Positions 36,172-46,567 of a stretch of 64,000 bases of DNA are shown here, piece after piece; position 1 is the first letter of the stretch, and the number at the start of each line of letters is the position of its first letter. The notes beneath the pieces are model-generated. The model ran no database searches, was not told where the DNA came from, and was given only the letters and a program-made list of their open reading frames with translations. The position numbers were made by a program, and so were the translations under genes. Source of the DNA: Myxococcota bacterium (GTDB lineage: Bacteria > Myxococcota_A > Polyangia > Nannocystales > Nannocystaceae). The stretch is taken from positions 1 to 64,000 of the forward strand of contig JBCCHT010000050.1 in the NCBI GenBank assembly GCA_039028615.1, written 5' to 3'.

Positions 36172-37149
36172 ATGCGCATCACCGCCACCTCCCTGGGATT
36201 GCTGGGAACGCTGCTCGCCGGGTGCATGGCTCCGATGGAGGCCGAGGACCTCGTGCTCGAAGACGCGGAGGCGGTGACCTTCGACGAGCTTCGGTCTGTC
36301 CCCGATGCGCAACGTCTGGCCCCAACCCCGCCGCCGCCGACGGTGGAGGTCGAGGTCGAGCCCCCGGTCCCCGCGGCGCGGTCGGGTTCCGCCGTGCGAC
36401 CGCGCTTCATCGAGGATACGAGCGAGCAGTCCTGTGCTTCGGTCTGGGCGGCGGGCTTTCCCGCGATCTCGGCCGACGGCCAGACAGTGGTCGTGCCGCG
36501 AGCCGACCACCTGGAGCTCAGCATGATCTCCGGGGCGCTCGAGCTGCAGTGGCACGACGTCGGTAGCGGAGCGATCACGGAGGTCGATCCCGTCGTCGAC
36601 GGCATGAACAATGAAAACGGCAGCTGCTCCACGATGGAGCGGGGAGATCATCGTCAGATCCAACGGGTCAACCGCGCTCTCGCCAAGCATCGCTGGCGTA
36701 CGATGGAGCCCCTGCCCGTCGCGTTCTTCAACCCGGACACGGGTCACCAGGAGTACCGCGACGAGTATTTCGGTGACGTACCCGGCAGCGCCCGCGTGCC
36801 CCAGCTCGGAATCCGCCACGGTGAGATTTTCCTGCGGATCCCCGGCGTGCGGGTCCTCGAGCGTCACGCGGCCTCCGCCGAGCTCAATTGGCACCCCTTT
36901 GCCGTGTTCGGCGACCGCAGCACGGGCACCGCCGTCATCGTGAGCATGGATTGCGCGGGCGAGTCGTGTACCTGTGATCCCAGCTACACCGCGCAGGTCG
37001 TGCAGTGGCAGCCCGAGACCTTCGACGTCATCGAGCAGCGGCCCTGCCTCGACCCCGACACGCACGACGAGGTCGCGGACGGCTGGGCCATCTGCGAGCC
37101 GATCGATTTCGGCATCGGCACCGTCGGGTCCGCGTGGGCCATCGGCTGA
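36172..37149 (+). CDS. Hypothetical lipoprotein
   Basis: MRITATSLGLLGTLLAGC lipobox; Pro-rich linker. Confidence 0.75.
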   Translation: MRITATSLGLLGTLLAGCMAPMEAEDLVLEDAEAVTFDELRSVPDAQRLAPTPPPPTVEVEVEPPVPAARSGSAVRPRFIEDTSEQSCASVWAAGFPAISADGQTVVVPRADHLELSMISGALELQWHDVGSGAITEVDPVVDGMNNENGSCSTMERGDHRQIQRVNRALAKHRWRTMEPLPVAFFNPDTGHQEYRDEYFGDVPGSARVPQLGIRHGEIFLRIPGVRVLERHAASAELNWHPFAVFGDRSTGTAVIVSMDCAGESCTCDPSYTAQVVQWQPETFDVIEQRPCLDPDTHDEVADGWAICEPIDFGIGTVGSAWAIG

Positions 37150-37196
37150 CGAGCCCTCCTTGAGGTCTCATTGCATTCCTGTACCATCCTCGCATT

Positions 37197-38735
37197 CTGA
37201 ATCTCGACCCAGAGGAGCTGATCGACAGCCGACTTCGCGTCCATGATGACAACCAAGTCGAGATCAAGCTCGACTACACCGTCGGCACGGACCGACGCCG
37301 TAGTCACTATCGCGTCACGACCTATTTCTTCATCCCGCGGAGCCTGGGCCTCGACTCACACTCGTACCAGCGCGACCAGTTCTATGCCGACGTCCAGGCC
37401 TACCTGCGCTTCAAGACGCCCAAGGTCTCGCTCGCGGAGCTGATCAACCCCAACGAGGCACGCTCGCCGCTGACCCGCGCCCAGCAGATCATGCACGCGG
37501 CCAACGGCTCGAGCGACGGCCTCGAGCGGACACGGCTGCAGCGTGAGCTACGACTGCTCGGCTGCCTCGTCCGCACCAACCTCCGCGACGGCGTCGCCGA
37601 CATTCGCAACAAGACGGCGCGGCTCAACGAGCCCGAAGCGCAGAAGGTCCTGCTCGAGGACGTGCGACAGGCCATCGAGCGCCTCCTGTCCGACATCGAC
37701 GAGCTGCTGTCCGGGTTCCGGGGGCTCCGCCCGGACTTCCTGCAGCCCAAGCACCCGCAGTGGCTCCGTGAGCTGTTCGAGTACGTCGACGAGTACCTGA
37801 GCATCTCCGTCGAGAGCTACCTGACGGTCGTGCTCTCTCTGCTCGACGCCAGCGAGCCTCTACGACGAGCCATCAACGAGACGCGACAGCTCGTGGCCCA
37901 GCGGGTGCTCGCCGAGCAGCAGCACCGCTCGGGCGCAGGCTACGTCAGCGTGCTCGACCCCGACGGCCAGAACCGGTCCTACGTCCATCGCAAGAGCGCG
38001 CTCAAGAAGTTCATGAGCTCGGTCCTGTTCCTGGGGATGAGCAAGGAGCAAGCCGGCCGCCGTATGGCCAACCTCAGCGCCGGGATCGCAGCCGCGGTCG
38101 CCATGGCGTTCTCCACCGTCGCCGCGATTTGGTCGCAGGGGGTATACGGCCTCAACAGCTTCCCCTTCGTGATCGCGCTGGTCATCTCCTACGTGTTCAA
38201 GGACCGCATCAAGGAGTGGCTTCGCACCTACTTCTCCGGGTTGGTGTCTCGCTGGCTCTACGACTACAGCGTGCTGATCCACGACCCGGTGCCCGACGCC
38301 GTCGTCGGCCGTTGCCGCGAGGCCTTCGGCTTTCTGTCCGCGAGCCGGGTCCCCGAGCACATCGTGCAGCTGCGGCACTGTGACTCGAGCTCGATGCTGG
38401 AGCCCGACACCAAGCCCGAGGTCGTGATGAAGTACATCAAGGACGTCACGCTCCGGGGTCGCAGGATCCTCCGCGCCCACGGCCGCCTCGCCGACGTCAA
38501 CGACATCATCCGCTTCAACATCTCCAGCTTCCTCGCCCGCATGGACGAGCCCATCCAAGCGGTCGAGAGCTACAGCGCCGAGCTCGATGCCGTGACCAGT
38601 GTTCCTTGCCCCAAGGCCTATCATGTCAACCTGGTGATGGTGCTCGAAGCCGAGGGCCGAGAGGCCTCCGTCGATCGGTTTCGCATCATCCTGGACAAGC
38701 ACGGCATCCAAGACCTCCAGGTCGTGGCAGTCTAG
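37197..38735 (+). CDS. Conserved-looking hypothetical membrane protein; true start probably non-canonical and upstream of the first ATG (37491)
   Basis: Frame is open from 37164 with coding-like codons (...QVEIKLDY...YFFIPRSLGL...FYADVQAYLRFKTP...); two TM helices in the C-terminal half; start coordinate is a guess (CTG 37197). Confidence 0.7.
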   Translation: MNLDPEELIDSRLRVHDDNQVEIKLDYTVGTDRRRSHYRVTTYFFIPRSLGLDSHSYQRDQFYADVQAYLRFKTPKVSLAELINPNEARSPLTRAQQIMHAANGSSDGLERTRLQRELRLLGCLVRTNLRDGVADIRNKTARLNEPEAQKVLLEDVRQAIERLLSDIDELLSGFRGLRPDFLQPKHPQWLRELFEYVDEYLSISVESYLTVVLSLLDASEPLRRAINETRQLVAQRVLAEQQHRSGAGYVSVLDPDGQNRSYVHRKSALKKFMSSVLFLGMSKEQAGRRMANLSAGIAAAVAMAFSTVAAIWSQGVYGLNSFPFVIALVISYVFKDRIKEWLRTYFSGLVSRWLYDYSVLIHDPVPDAVVGRCREAFGFLSASRVPEHIVQLRHCDSSSMLEPDTKPEVVMKYIKDVTLRGRRILRAHGRLADVNDIIRFNISSFLARMDEPIQAVESYSAELDAVTSVPCPKAYHVNLVMVLEAEGREASVDRFRIILDKHGIQDLQVVAV

Positions 38736-38750
38736 AAAAGACGGTGACCC

Positions 38751-40313
38751 ATGTCGATTCGCGTGACCCCTGTGCATCTCGTCCTCGGCGTCCTGACGGC
38801 CACTTCCGCGCTGTCGTGCTCGCTGTTCAAGGGCGCCATCTCGCAGCCGCCGACCATGGTCGAGCGCAGCTGGGCGGTCGAGTCTTTGTTCACCGAAGAG
38901 GGCACCCGCAAGCTCGACACGCCGTCGGTGTTCGTGGACGAGCACGGTCAGCCCGGGTTCGCGCTCGCCAACCGGGCGTTCACCATGGGCGCGCAATCCA
39001 TTGCGGTCGGAGAGCACTCCGATGAAGGTTGGCGCGTCTCGTTCCCGGAGATGGACGCCCCGTGGCGGGTCTGCGGTCGAGCCGAGGGCGATGGCGTCCT
39101 CGTCTCCCACGGAGAAACCAACGGGCCGCTGAGCGCGTTCACGTGGGACGGCACGACCACCGCGCCCGCCGAGGCCGGGTTTTGCCCCGAGCTGGCGCCC
39201 AACCGCCGCTTCACCGAGGGCCCGAGCGGCAACGACGAGCTCGAGCTGTCCAACGATGGGCGCACGCTGTGGCACAAGTCCGAGGGGCAGGCGTGCCCTC
39301 CTCACGACGTCACGCCCGGGTTCGTCATCGAGCAGTTCGCGTTTGCCGTGGGCGCCAACGGAAAGCCGAGCGCAGTCGTATTCGAACGCCCCGACAACGA
39401 CGACGAGGCGCTGGGGCACCTTCGCCACGCCACCTGCGAGGGCGGAGCCTGGACCTCCTCCATGATCGCGCCGCAGTCCAAGGTGACCGCGGTCGGCCTC
39501 GCCCTGGCCGACGACGGGACCCCCCATGTGGTCTTCGTCGACGAGAGCGGCGGAGGCTCGACGTTACGCCACGCGACCCCCAGGAACGCGGCGGCGCCTG
39601 GGGACCACGATCCTCGGGTCCAACCGGCCGTCGATGCCTGCGCACGTCTGTGGCCGGCACCGCCGCAAGGCGAAGGGGTCGAGCCCTTCCAGAGCGGGGA
39701 CGCCTTCCGCTGCGCCGTGCTCCAGCACGCCCCCGAGACCTCGGCGCAGGCCCTCGAGTCCTCGAGTTCCGCGTGCAGTGCCGACAATTCGACGGGCTGC
39801 ATCCTCGCTGGTTCGTTGCACCACTGGCTCATGGGGCGCGTGTCGATCGTGCTCGAGGTGCCCACCGACGCGGGCAGCCGTTTTCAGATCGAGTGGTCGG
39901 GCCTGCGCGCCAACGGGATCGAGGCCGACGACGCCAAGGCGGCCGCGTTCTTTGGCAAGGCCTGCGACGATGGCGATGCTCGGGCCTGCATGCACCAGGC
40001 GTTCGTGTTGCCGGGCGACGATCCGAAGCGCCTCGAGCGGGCGACCACCGCGTGCCAAGCCGGACTCGCTTCAGCCTGCACCCTGGCGCTGGCGGCCCGC
40101 GGCGGCCGGCCGACGCCCGAGCTCGCCGCGATGGCCGAGCCCGCCCTACGAACCGCCTGCGAGGGCGATGACGCAGCTTCGTGCAATTCCCTCGGCGTGC
40201 TGCTGCACGTGGGCGGAGACGCGGCCGGAGCCCGCACCGCCCTCGACCAAGCGTGTCGGGCCGGCCTCGCGCAGGCGTGCGACAACCTCGGTCGCGTGCC
40301 CGCCCGCCAGTAA
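38751..40313 (+). CDS. Lipoprotein with C-terminal Cys-rich Sel1-like repeats
   Basis: Lipobox ALSC; repeats KACDDGDARAC, TACEGDDAASCNSLG, QACRAGLAQACDNLG. Confidence 0.75.
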   Translation: MSIRVTPVHLVLGVLTATSALSCSLFKGAISQPPTMVERSWAVESLFTEEGTRKLDTPSVFVDEHGQPGFALANRAFTMGAQSIAVGEHSDEGWRVSFPEMDAPWRVCGRAEGDGVLVSHGETNGPLSAFTWDGTTTAPAEAGFCPELAPNRRFTEGPSGNDELELSNDGRTLWHKSEGQACPPHDVTPGFVIEQFAFAVGANGKPSAVVFERPDNDDEALGHLRHATCEGGAWTSSMIAPQSKVTAVGLALADDGTPHVVFVDESGGGSTLRHATPRNAAAPGDHDPRVQPAVDACARLWPAPPQGEGVEPFQSGDAFRCAVLQHAPETSAQALESSSSACSADNSTGCILAGSLHHWLMGRVSIVLEVPTDAGSRFQIEWSGLRANGIEADDAKAAAFFGKACDDGDARACMHQAFVLPGDDPKRLERATTACQAGLASACTLALAARGGRPTPELAAMAEPALRTACEGDDAASCNSLGVLLHVGGDAAGARTALDQACRAGLAQACDNLGRVPARQ

Positions 40314-40324
40314 GCCAGCCGGGT

Positions 40325-41023
40325 TCAGCGGGTGAGCACCAGCTCGCGACGACGCACCAGCAGCCCGGACAGCGTCACGCACAGCGCGACGAGTCCCACC
40401 AGCACCAGGACCGACACCCACCACGGACCTGGCCCGCTGGCGGAGACCATGGGGAACGACGAGGGCTGGCCCAGCTCGGCGAGGTTGCGCATGTGCGAGC
40501 GCAGGGTGAGCGACGAGAGCCACCCGGGCACCCCCTGGAGCGCCTGCTCCCACACCAGCACATAGGCCAGGCCGAGCCAGGTGGGGCGCTTGAGCAGCAG
40601 GCCCCACAGGCCAAAGAGGCTCGCGTGGGCCAGGGTGCCGAGCACGGCGGCCGCGATCATGCGAGCGCCGTCTTCGAAGCCGTCGGCGGCGATGATCACC
40701 GCGGGCACGATGGCGATCAGCACGGGACCGATGGCCGCGACCAACCGCGCCCCGAACAGCGCCGCACGATTGACCGGCCGGGTGAAGCCGTAGGTCAGCG
40801 TCTGGTCCTCGACCTCCTCGCGGAGCACCCCGCCGCCGAAGGCCAGCGACATCAGGGGCACGAGGAAGATCAGCATGAGCTGACCGAGCGCCCCGTGGGG
40901 CACATCGAAGAGGAAGCGCAGGATCGCGACGAGCACGGGCACCGCGATCACCCACACCAGCGTGCCCCGCCGCAGCAAGTTGCGGCGCAAGTGAAAGCCA
41001 GCCCAGAAAATCGCGGGGTTCAT
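40325..41023 (-). CDS. ABC-2 type transporter permease
   Basis: About 6 TM helices; EVEDQTLTYGFTRPVNR motif. Confidence 0.85.
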   Translation of the reverse strand: MNPAIFWAGFHLRRNLLRRGTLVWVIAVPVLVAILRFLFDVPHGALGQLMLIFLVPLMSLAFGGGVLREEVEDQTLTYGFTRPVNRAALFGARLVAAIGPVLIAIVPAVIIAADGFEDGARMIAAAVLGTLAHASLFGLWGLLLKRPTWLGLAYVLVWEQALQGVPGWLSSLTLRSHMRNLAELGQPSSFPMVSASGPGPWWVSVLVLVGLVALCVTLSGLLVRRRELVLTR

Positions 41024-41038
41024 GCTCAGGCTCGATCC

Positions 41039-41965
41039 TCAGTCGATGAGATAGCGATAGAGGCTCTCGAGGTCGGCATCGGGGGAGCCGAGCTTCTCGA
41101 TGACCATGCCGAGCCGCGCCGCCTCGGTGGGCAGCACCCGGCACAGCTCGCTCAGGTTGGTGGTGGTGAGCTCGAGGGTGGTGTCGCCGACGACCTCGGC
41201 CGCCTGCACGTGCGGCAGAGCGACCAACGCCGCCGCCAGCGGACGCGGGCCCGAGACCTCGATGCGAAAGCGATAGGGCCGATCGTCGAGCAGCGCCCGC
41301 AGGCGCGCGATGTCCCCGGTGGCGCGTAGCCGGCCGTAGCGGACCATCACCACCTGGTGGGTCATGGCCTCGACCTCGTGCAGCACGTGGCTGGAGACGA
41401 TGACGCAGCGGCCCTGCTGGCCCAGCGTGCGCACGAGCGCGATGAGGTCGGCTCGCCCGATGGGGTCGGTGCCGGTCAGCGGCTCGTCGAGCAAGACGAT
41501 GGGCGGGTCGTGGGCGATGGCCTGGGCGATCTTGGTGCGCTGCCGCATGCCCCGGCTCATCTCGCGGATGCGCTTGCCCATGTTGTCGGCCATGCCGACC
41601 TGCGCCAACGCAGCGTGGGCCCGCTGCCGAGACTCGCGCGCGGAGTACCCGAACAGGCGGGTCAGCGCGGTCACGAACGCCTCGCCCGTCTGCTCTTCGT
41701 AGAACTTGTCTTGCTCGGGGCACAGGCCGAGGCGACGGAAGATCTCGGGCTCGGCGAAGGGATCGAGCCCGCCCACGCGCACCGTGCCCGTGTCGGGCCG
41801 AAGCTGGCCGGAGATGAGCTTGAGCAAGGTGGACTTGCCCGAGCCGTTGGGGCCGAGCAGGCCGGTCACCCCCGGACCGATCTCCAGATCGATCTCGTCG
41901 AGCGCACGCACCATGCCGAAGAGCTTGGTGACGCCGCGGACCTCGATGGCGGGCGGAGCGTTCAT
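41039..41965 (-). CDS. ABC transporter ATP-binding protein
   Basis: GPNGSGKS, MSRGMRQR, LLDEP, SSH. Confidence 0.92.
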   Translation of the reverse strand: MNAPPAIEVRGVTKLFGMVRALDEIDLEIGPGVTGLLGPNGSGKSTLLKLISGQLRPDTGTVRVGGLDPFAEPEIFRRLGLCPEQDKFYEEQTGEAFVTALTRLFGYSARESRQRAHAALAQVGMADNMGKRIREMSRGMRQRTKIAQAIAHDPPIVLLDEPLTGTDPIGRADLIALVRTLGQQGRCVIVSSHVLHEVEAMTHQVVMVRYGRLRATGDIARLRALLDDRPYRFRIEVSGPRPLAAALVALPHVQAAEVVGDTTLELTTTNLSELCRVLPTEAARLGMVIEKLGSPDADLESLYRYLID

Positions 41966-42879
41966 CCCGAGACCTCCTTGCGCACCCGCCACATCAGCAA
42001 GGCGAGGCCAGCCGCGCTCAGCCCCGCGACGCACAGCATCGCCAGCGCCAACGAGGGGTTCACCGCCGGGCGATTGGTGAGCATCGACAGCAGCATGCCG
42101 CTGCCTCCCGCGTCGAGCACCGAGTCGGCCAGGGTCTGGATGTTGCGCGACGGCGACAGATAGCCCGCCCAGCGGTGCCCGGCATTGGGCAGCTGCTCGC
42201 CGAGGAAGGTCAGCATCAGCATGCCGACCACGTAGAGCACGCCCACCGTACGACCGCGCTCTCCGATCGCGCTGAGACCCAAGATGGTGGTGGTGAGCAG
42301 GACGGCGGCGACCAAGACCCCGAGCAGCCCCGGCGGCAGCAGCCACCACAGCTCGGAGGACGTGCCCGGCGGGGCCATGCCCACCGCGAACAGCCACAGC
42401 AAGAAGAACGGCACCACCATCACCGCGAAGGGCACCAGGCCCGCGGCCAGCAGCTTGCCGATGAGGTAGTCGCGCTGGCGGAGCGGCCGGGAGAAGTACA
42501 GCTCCATGGCCCCGGTGCGACGATCTTCGGCCACGAGCGGCGCGGCCACCATCGCCAGCAAGAACGCGCAGGCGACCATCTGCACGCCGATGAAGTTGGC
42601 CAGGGTCGCGTGCACGTCCCCCACCACCCCCTTGATGAAGGTCTGCGCCATGCCGACCGGGGCACCGTGGGTGGCCTGGGTGAAGCGCTCGGCGAGGATC
42701 TGGGCGGTCAGGGCCATGCCGTGGCCGAACACCGACATCGAACACAGGACCAGGCCGAACTTGGTGGAGCGCTTGCGCCACGCGAGGCTGAGCGCGGTGC
42801 GGGCGATGGGCCACGGCACCCAGCGGTGGGATCGCTCGGGCAGACGGCGGTAGCCGACCCCGAAGACCTGATCCTTCAT
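41962..42879 (-). CDS. ABC-2 type transporter permease
   Basis: EDRRTGAMELYFSRPLRQRDYLIGKL; multiple TM helices; 4-nt overlaps with neighbours. Confidence 0.85.
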   Translation of the reverse strand: MKDQVFGVGYRRLPERSHRWVPWPIARTALSLAWRKRSTKFGLVLCSMSVFGHGMALTAQILAERFTQATHGAPVGMAQTFIKGVVGDVHATLANFIGVQMVACAFLLAMVAAPLVAEDRRTGAMELYFSRPLRQRDYLIGKLLAAGLVPFAVMVVPFFLLWLFAVGMAPPGTSSELWWLLPPGLLGVLVAAVLLTTTILGLSAIGERGRTVGVLYVVGMLMLTFLGEQLPNAGHRWAGYLSPSRNIQTLADSVLDAGGSGMLLSMLTNRPAVNPSLALAMLCVAGLSAAGLALLMWRVRKEVSG

Positions 42880-43802
42880 TGCACCTCCTGGGGGCCGACC
42901 GCGGCCATGAACGCGTCTTCGAGTCGTTGACCGCGGGGCTGCACTTGCCACAGCGACACGCCCACCGCCGCCGCCGCGGCCCAGATGGCCTCGGGGCCAT
43001 GGCCGGGAGCGAGGCGCACCCGCAGCGCGTCGGGCTGGGCTCCCGGGCTCACGCCGTGCCCGGCCTGGGTGAGTGTGCCCGCCAGCGGCCGCAGATCGTC
43101 CGAGCCGCGGATCTCGTAGTCGTCGTCGCCCATGCGCGCGCGCAGCTGCTCGAGCGTGCCCGCGTAGCGCACCTGGCCGCGGTCCATGATGATGCAGGCG
43201 TCGCAGGTGCGCTCCACGTCGTGGAGCAGGTGGGTCGACAGCAGCACGGCCGGACCATCGCCATCGCGCAAGCGCACGATGAGCTGCAAGAGTTCGTCGC
43301 GGCTGCTGGGGTCGAGGCCGCTGGTGGGCTCGTCGAGCATGAGCAGCTCGGGGTCGTGGACCAGGGCCATGGCGATCTTGACCCGCTGGTGCATGCCCGT
43401 GCTGTACTCCTCGACCGGCCGCTGGCGTGCGTCGTCGAGGCCGACCAGGTCGAGCATCTCGTGGGCGCGCAAGAGTGCGATGCGCCGCGGCAGCCCGCAC
43501 AGCTCCGCCGCGTAGGCCACCGATTCCAGCCCGGACAGCCCGGGAATGCGATGCGCCCCCTCGGCCGCGTAGCCCAGGCGCATGCGCACCGCTCCGGGGT
43601 TGCGACGTGCATCGACCCCGAGCACGCCCACCTCCCCCGCGTCGGGTTTCAGCAGGCCCAGGCACGCGCGCATCAGCGTGGTCTTGCCCGCACCGTTGGG
43701 CCCGAGCAGGCCGACCGCGCGACCGTCGACGCGACAGGTCACCTCGTCGAGCGCCTTCAGGGCGCCGAATCGCTTGCTCACGCCGCGGAGGTCAAGCAGC
43801 AC
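42876..43802 (-). CDS. ABC transporter ATP-binding protein
   Basis: GPNGAGKT, YSTGMHQR, LDEPTSGLD, STH; GTG start at 43802. Confidence 0.92.
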   Translation of the reverse strand: MLLDLRGVSKRFGALKALDEVTCRVDGRAVGLLGPNGAGKTTLMRACLGLLKPDAGEVGVLGVDARRNPGAVRMRLGYAAEGAHRIPGLSGLESVAYAAELCGLPRRIALLRAHEMLDLVGLDDARQRPVEEYSTGMHQRVKIAMALVHDPELLMLDEPTSGLDPSSRDELLQLIVRLRDGDGPAVLLSTHLLHDVERTCDACIIMDRGQVRYAGTLEQLRARMGDDDYEIRGSDDLRPLAGTLTQAGHGVSPGAQPDALRVRLAPGHGPEAIWAAAAAVGVSLWQVQPRGQRLEDAFMAAVGPQEVQ

Positions 43803-43950
43803 AGGCGCTTTGTACCGCACCCCCGCCGCCCTTCTTCCCGATTTCTCGACCAATCGCGATCCGGCGACGATGAACGGTCGGAGGCTCGACCCGAAGGGCC
43901 CCGCGGACCCGACCGCGCGAAACCGGCACGGACACGCTATCGTCGGGCCC

Positions 43951-45486
43951 GTGGCCGAGATTGCGGTCAGCGAAGCCGAAGCGCGCTTCGATCGTCGCCG
44001 TCGAGCGATAGGCCTGGTGGCGGCACCGCTGGTCCTGGTGGGGCTCATCGCGTGGCCCATGCCGGGACTGAGCTACGAGGCGCACATGCTGGCCGGCGTC
44101 GCGGCGATGACCGTGGTGCTGTGGGTCACCGAGGCCATCCCGCTGGCGGCCGCGGCTCTGCTCGGCCCCTCGCTCGCGGTGGTGCTCGGCGTGGCCAATG
44201 CCAAGGTCGCCCTGGCGGCGTTCGGCGATCCGCTGATCTTCTTGTTCCTCGGCGGCTTCCTGCTCGCGTCGGCGCTGTCTGGCCAGGGTTTCGATCGGCG
44301 CGCCGCGTTGTGGCTCGTCTCGCGACGCTTCGTGGGCGGCTCACCCACGCGGGCGCTTTATGCCGTGGGGGCGATCGGCTTCGCCTTCTCGATGTGGATC
44401 TCCAATACGGCCACCACCGCGATGCTGATCCCGGTGGCGCTGGGCCTGTACCAGACGGTGAAGCGGGTGGCCCCGGGTGACGAGGAGACCCGGCGCCAGC
44501 TCGATCGCTACGGCGGCGGCATGTGCCTCGCGCTGGCCTACGCGTGCTCGATGGGCGGCTCCACCACGCCGATCGGCACCGCCCCCAACGTCATCGCCGT
44601 GGCCATGCTCGACGAGCAGACCGGCACGACCATCGACTTTGCGACCTGGATGGCGCTGAGCCTGCCCGTGGCGCTGGTGATGACCGCGATCATCCTGGTG
44701 ATGACCGCCCGGGCCTTCCCCGCCCCGGTCGCACGCGTGGAAGGACTGACGGCGGAGGTCGAGCGCCTGCTCGCCGAGCTCGGCCCCCTGCGCCCGGGTG
44801 AGCGCCGCGTGCTCATCGTGTTCGGACTGACGGTGGCGGGCTGGCTGCTGCCCGCCATCCTCAAGCTCAGCCTCGGCGTCGAGCACCCCTGGGCGATCTG
44901 GGCGAAGGCATCGTTCAACGAGGGCGTCATCGCGATGGTCGGGGCGTGCTCGTTGTTCATGCTGCCCGCGAGCAAGGCCGAGCCGAACGAAGAGGCGCCG
45001 CGGCTGCTCACCTGGGACATGGCCCAGAAGATCGACTGGGGCACGCTGCTGCTGCTCGGCGGCGGTTTTGCCCTGGGCAAGCTGACCTTCAAGACCGGCC
45101 TGGCCGAGGCGATCGGCCGCGGTGTGCTCGACCTGGCGGGCCCCATCGCCCAGCACCCGGCGGGCCTTCTGGCGGCGGCGGTCCTGCTGGTGATCTTCCT
45201 GACCGAGGCCACAAGCAACACGGCGACCACCAGCATGATGCTGCCCGTGATCATCGGCATCGCCCAGGCCAGCGGCTTCCCTCCCGTGGCCACCGCGATC
45301 ACGGTGACGCTGGCCGCGAGCTATGCCTTCATGCTGCCCGTGTCCACGCCGCCCAACGCCATGGCCTACGGCACGCGCCTGGTTCGGCTGGACTCGATGG
45401 TGCGGGTGGGCTTCCGCTTCAACCTCATCGGCTTCGCGCTGCTGTCCGCGCTGGGGATCGGCGTGCTCCAGGCCGTGTTCGGCTGA
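43951..45486 (+). CDS. SLC13/DASS family divalent anion:Na+ symporter
   Basis: Two SNTATT motifs, PIGTAPN, STPPNA, many TM helices; start could be 43870. Confidence 0.9.
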   Translation: MAEIAVSEAEARFDRRRRAIGLVAAPLVLVGLIAWPMPGLSYEAHMLAGVAAMTVVLWVTEAIPLAAAALLGPSLAVVLGVANAKVALAAFGDPLIFLFLGGFLLASALSGQGFDRRAALWLVSRRFVGGSPTRALYAVGAIGFAFSMWISNTATTAMLIPVALGLYQTVKRVAPGDEETRRQLDRYGGGMCLALAYACSMGGSTTPIGTAPNVIAVAMLDEQTGTTIDFATWMALSLPVALVMTAIILVMTARAFPAPVARVEGLTAEVERLLAELGPLRPGERRVLIVFGLTVAGWLLPAILKLSLGVEHPWAIWAKASFNEGVIAMVGACSLFMLPASKAEPNEEAPRLLTWDMAQKIDWGTLLLLGGGFALGKLTFKTGLAEAIGRGVLDLAGPIAQHPAGLLAAAVLLVIFLTEATSNTATTSMMLPVIIGIAQASGFPPVATAITVTLAASYAFMLPVSTPPNAMAYGTRLVRLDSMVRVGFRFNLIGFALLSALGIGVLQAVFG

Positions 45487-45498
45487 CCGCGAACGGCC

Positions 45499-46380
45499 TC
45501 AGCTCGGGCACGCGGCGGCCATCTGGGCGAACGCATCGAGGATGTCCGGCCAGGCCCCGCGCGGCAGGTCGTGGCCCATGCCTTCGACCCGCAGCAGTCG
45601 GGCATCGGGCATGACCTCGGCCGTACGCACGCCGCCGCGGAAGGGCACCAGCGGATCGGCGCTGCCGTGCACCACCAATGCGGGCACGTCGAGGCGAGCG
45701 AGCGATGCCCGGCGATCGGGGGCGGCCAGCACCGCGGTGATCTGTCGAGCGAAGCCCCGTGGCGAAGGCCCCCGCTCGAAGTGCAGGCCCGCGCGCTCCC
45801 GCAGCCCTGGTTCATCGAACAAGAACCCCGGGCTGCCCACGCTGCGAAAGAACTTCACCCACGAGTCCTCCGCTTCTCGCCGAGTGGTGGGTGCCTTGCG
45901 AAACAAGGCCTTGGCCGCCTTGGGATGAGGCACCAGCGAGCGGCGATCGCCCGGGCTCGACATGATGGAGGTCAACGATCGCACCCGTCGCGGGTGCCGA
46001 ATCGCGACGAGCTGGGCGATCATCCCGCCCATCGACGCGCCCAGCACATGCGCCCGCGGAATCTCCAGAGCATCGAGCAGTCCCGCCGCGTCGTCGGCCA
46101 TGTCCTCGAGCCCGTAGGGCGCCCGCACCCGCTTGCCCGCGGCCCAGCGGGCGACCTCCACGGGGAAGCGCGGCACGCCGAGGTGATCGAGTCGCGTCGA
46201 GTACCCCGCATCGCGGTTGTCGAATCGCACCACCCGAAAGCCGCGATCGACCAGGCCCTGACAGAACTCTTCGGGCCAGAACACCAGCTGCGCGCCCAGG
46301 CCCATGATCATCAAGACGGCCGGGCCCTCCCCCGCGGATTCGTAACAGAGTTCGATTTCTCCGACGCGGGCCTGGGGCAT
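45499..46380 (-). CDS. Alpha/beta-fold hydrolase (esterase/lipase-like)
   Basis: FDNRDAG, GASMGG nucleophile, HGSADPL, GMGHD. Confidence 0.9.
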   Translation of the reverse strand: MPQARVGEIELCYESAGEGPAVLMIMGLGAQLVFWPEEFCQGLVDRGFRVVRFDNRDAGYSTRLDHLGVPRFPVEVARWAAGKRVRAPYGLEDMADDAAGLLDALEIPRAHVLGASMGGMIAQLVAIRHPRRVRSLTSIMSSPGDRRSLVPHPKAAKALFRKAPTTRREAEDSWVKFFRSVGSPGFLFDEPGLRERAGLHFERGPSPRGFARQITAVLAAPDRRASLARLDVPALVVHGSADPLVPFRGGVRTAEVMPDARLLRVEGMGHDLPRGAWPDILDAFAQMAAACPS

Positions 46381-46567
46381 GGGGCCGAGCTTCAGGGGAC
46401 TGGTGGGTGTCGTCAAGCACCGCGCCGCTCACCGTCGACATTGCTCGCACAGAGGGCGTCCGGTCGCGAGATCGAGTGCTGTCACTTTCCACGAGAGCCC
46501 CTGTTCGTGCCCAGGTGAAACTAACTTCCCCCCGGGTCTCGGGCCCCGTCGGGCATGGTGACACCCG

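Noticed and set aside
40325..43802. ABC exporter as the RiPP transporter
   Set aside because: Separated from the operon by several unrelated genes and on the opposite strand; no evidence of linkage
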